A stretch of DNA of 64,000 nucleotides from Setoptus koraiensis. Its lineage: Eukaryota; Animalia; Arthropoda. This document shows, piece after piece, positions 61,463 through 64,000 of the stretch. The notes below the pieces were generated by a model. That model ran no database searches, was not told the DNA's origin, and saw only the letters and a program-made list of their open reading frames with translations. The translations under genes and the position numbers were made by a program. The stretch is taken from positions 9,486,001 through 9,550,000 of the forward strand of contig CM106586.1 in assembly GCA_048013815.1 (NCBI GenBank), given 5' to 3'. Position 1 is the stretch's first letter. Each line of letters starts with the position of its first letter.

Positions 61463-63301
61463 TCAATTATTTTTCTTAAGTGAGACCTGCAAGGCCCTTC
61501 CATTCTTATGTATGTATCCGTTCATGCGTTGAATGGCAGCGTTGGCTTGCTTTTCATCAGCTAATGTCACGAATCCATAACCTTTGCATTCTTGGCTTGG
61601 AGATTTCCTGACAACATTACATTTAAGAACTGGTCCGAAGCTTGAAAATAAATCTTTTAGTAGATTCTCATCGCCATCGGATCCTATATTATATACGAAA
61701 AGTGTGACACCAGTGGCATCCGAATTACCACTAGCATTTCCTGCGTTTTGGGTAGTCTGATCGCCGGTGGAACTAACGCCAACTTGTGGTAAGTTTGACT
61801 GTTGGCCATAGTTTGTTTGATGGACCAGGGCAGGTCCCATAGGCGTCCGAGATCGGCTCATAAATTGTTGGGAGTCCATCACTTCGGGCATTGGGGCACT
61901 TGACTGAGTTGTGCCGTATATATTGAGCCCTGGTATATGAACAGGAGTTTGTGTTTCTATCGGCATAAGCTGTTGCTGTTGCGACTGATTGTATGGATTA
62001 ACAAGACGAGGATCTTGAGGATATTGGTAGCCATGACCAGTTTGTTGCACTTGAATAGGTGATATATGAGTTTGTTGAGGTGTGGTAAATGGAGCATATC
62101 TATTTTGTCTGACTGTTGGTGGTTGTCGTATAGGTCCAGGAGATCCAATGGGTGTCGCACCATAATTGCTGTAATTATCAACAAATTGACTTGGTTGAAT
62201 ATTACCACCATATGGTACAGTGTATTGTGACTGAACTCTCAACCCTTGAGGTTGCCCCATGTAATTTTCAAATGGCTGTTGTTGACTATAAAAATCATTA
62301 GGTTGATAGAAGTTTTGTTGCATCAATTGTGGTTGGGGTCGTTGTTGCTGGTAAGGTGGTATGAATGTAGAACCTTTGTTACGTTGCTGATTGTGAGTTG
62401 CTCTATTATTATGACGGTCATTAGATCCTTGCTGACCCTTGCTATTACTGTTATTATTATTACTATTGTTATTATTGCTCGAGCGAGCCTGGCCAGACTG
62501 ATAAATGAGTAAAAATGAGAAGTAGGATTAGAATTTGCAATTCGCAATCGTGCTTGTAGGAACCATTATATACATCGTGCATGTACTTACTACTTTTTGG
62601 GCATTATCTGCCGCAAATTTAATCTCCAAAGGATTGTCACCTCCATCTACAGTGGTGCCTTTGAGAGCTTTGAGGGCATCCTCAGCCTCCTTTCTCAGGT
62701 TAAATAACACAAAAGCCACCCCTCTACTGTTACCTAACACCCTGCACTGGATTATGTCGCCGAAAGGCTCAAATAGTTTTCTCACATCGTCTTGAGTCCA
62801 AGAGTTAGGAACATTTTTTACATAGAGATTCGCCTGTTTGATATCCTGTCCTGCCGGTCTGGCGAAAGCTACTTTGATTTTCTTATTATCTAGCTCATGA
62901 CCATTTAGTCCATCGATAGCGCGAAGAGCCTCGGCGTTTGTTTGAAAGTCGACAAAGCCGAAACCATAAGAGTAGCCAGTCACTTTGTGTCTGACAATTT
63001 TGGCCGTTTTAATAGTTCCATATTTTTCGAATAGTTTTGTAAATTCGGCATCAGTCATAGGTTGCGGAAGATAGTTAACAATGAGATTGGTCTTGCCATT
63101 GTTGTAACTATTATCGTTGTTATTATTCATTTTGTTGTTGCATGTCGTCTGGTGATCACTGTCGTATTCTAGATCGCCCTCATGATCGTACATGCCATTA
63201 TTGTTGTTGTTGTTTTTGTTTAGCGATGAGGAAACATTGTTGTTATTGAGCTCATGCCGTATATCTTCACATTTTACCGAGGAACCGTTAGCGGGCGCCA
63301 T
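61463..63301 (-). CDS. Sex-lethal/ELAV-family RNA-binding protein with three RRMs; exons 63301-62591 and 62497-61463; about 581 aa
   Basis: RRM1-2: KTNLIVNYLPQPMTD...TGYSYGFGFVDF...NKKIKVAFARPAGQDIKQANLYVKN...SRGVAFV...GGDNPLEIKFA. A 93-nt intron (gta|gtaagt ... ttatcag|tct) joins these in frame to an N/Q/P-rich hinge and RRM3 (TLFVYNIG...CKGYGFVTL...MNGY...LQVSLKKNN). Confidence 0.9.
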
Positions 63302-64000
63302 TTTGTAGCCGATGTTGGAATAGCATAAATGGCTAAAAGTGATTATTTGCGTCTAGGTGAACCACATAATATATGTCGGATTAGATATTTAGTAAAAACT
63401 ATAGCTTATTATTGTTTGAATAAATTTGGTAGTGATCTGCTAAAGGCGCTATGACTAAGACTAAAGGAACGTGCTCAATGGTTCAGAGCTTTCGAAGCAT
63501 CTTCTCATTTCTTCCCAACAGTTTCTCTTGTATTAAAAGCTAGCCGATAACGGGATTGTGATGGTACCAGAATTATTGTTTGGTGTGAGTGAACTGTTAT
63601 TGTGTAACTTTTGGCCCGTCGGAGATGAGAATAGTAACAGCCAGTTTATTAGGGCGAATCAACTCTGATTAAATTATGTATTATCATTTATGACGCTGTG
63701 CTCTATGTTTTGGATGATGCGACCGCGTCGACGAAAATAATAATAATGGCGGTGTTTCTCTTGGGCATGAATTATCTTATCAATAACAACAGCGCTCAAA
63801 TAATATCTCGCCTATATATGAACAGATGTATTTCTCTCTCGCTCTCTCTCTCTCTCAATATCTCCTCCAATGATTCTTTGGAGATCAATAACTGTAAAGC
63901 TACCAAAGCTAGCGATGGCCCGACGTTGGTTTGGCCTGATAAATGTCTCCCAATAAGACAGGCTAAAAATAATAACAACGAAGGAGTGTATCAATAGTGA

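Noticed and set aside
27340-63301. Functional cluster of RNA-processing genes (PABPN1, U2AF1, Sxl/ELAV)
   Set aside because: The genes are on different strands, separated by unrelated genes and large domains; three such genes in 36 kb of a compact genome can be coincidence.
63400-64000. Short ORFs at the window end
   Set aside because: No recognisable motifs, they include a GA microsatellite, and they may be truncated by the window edge.

Overview
Eukaryotic (arthropod) genomic DNA. The very intron-poor genes suggest a compact mite-like genome, which is inference and not established. The window has two alternating compartments. (1) Tightly packed housekeeping/regulatory genes with few introns: NAA25 (-, 2 exons), glycogen branching enzyme GBE1 (+, intronless), PABPN1 (-, intronless), U2AF small subunit (+, 2 exons), SGK kinase (-, at least 3 exons) and a three-RRM Sex-lethal/ELAV-family gene (-, 2 exons). 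(2) Large CpG-rich non-coding domains (about 1-20 kb, 31-40 kb, 48-61 kb) full of CAA/TTG tracts and short-period (9-24 bp) tandem arrays. An 8-exon DIP/Lachesin-family three-Ig cell-adhesion gene spans about 30.1-43.1 kb. A degraded trypsin-like serine protease pseudogene, invisible in the ORF track, lies at about 43.7-44.7 kb. Most notable observations: an Sxl-type RRM1-2 joined to an ELAV-type RRM3; substitutions at conserved U2AF1 residues alongside pyrimidine-poor acceptors in the Ig gene; domain-specific motif vocabularies (ACAGGT[A/G] versus GGGCCC); and a cluster of 14-bp-period arrays. No tRNA, rRNA, CRISPR array or intact mobile element was recognised. All exon calls, counts and family assignments were made by eye, without database searches.
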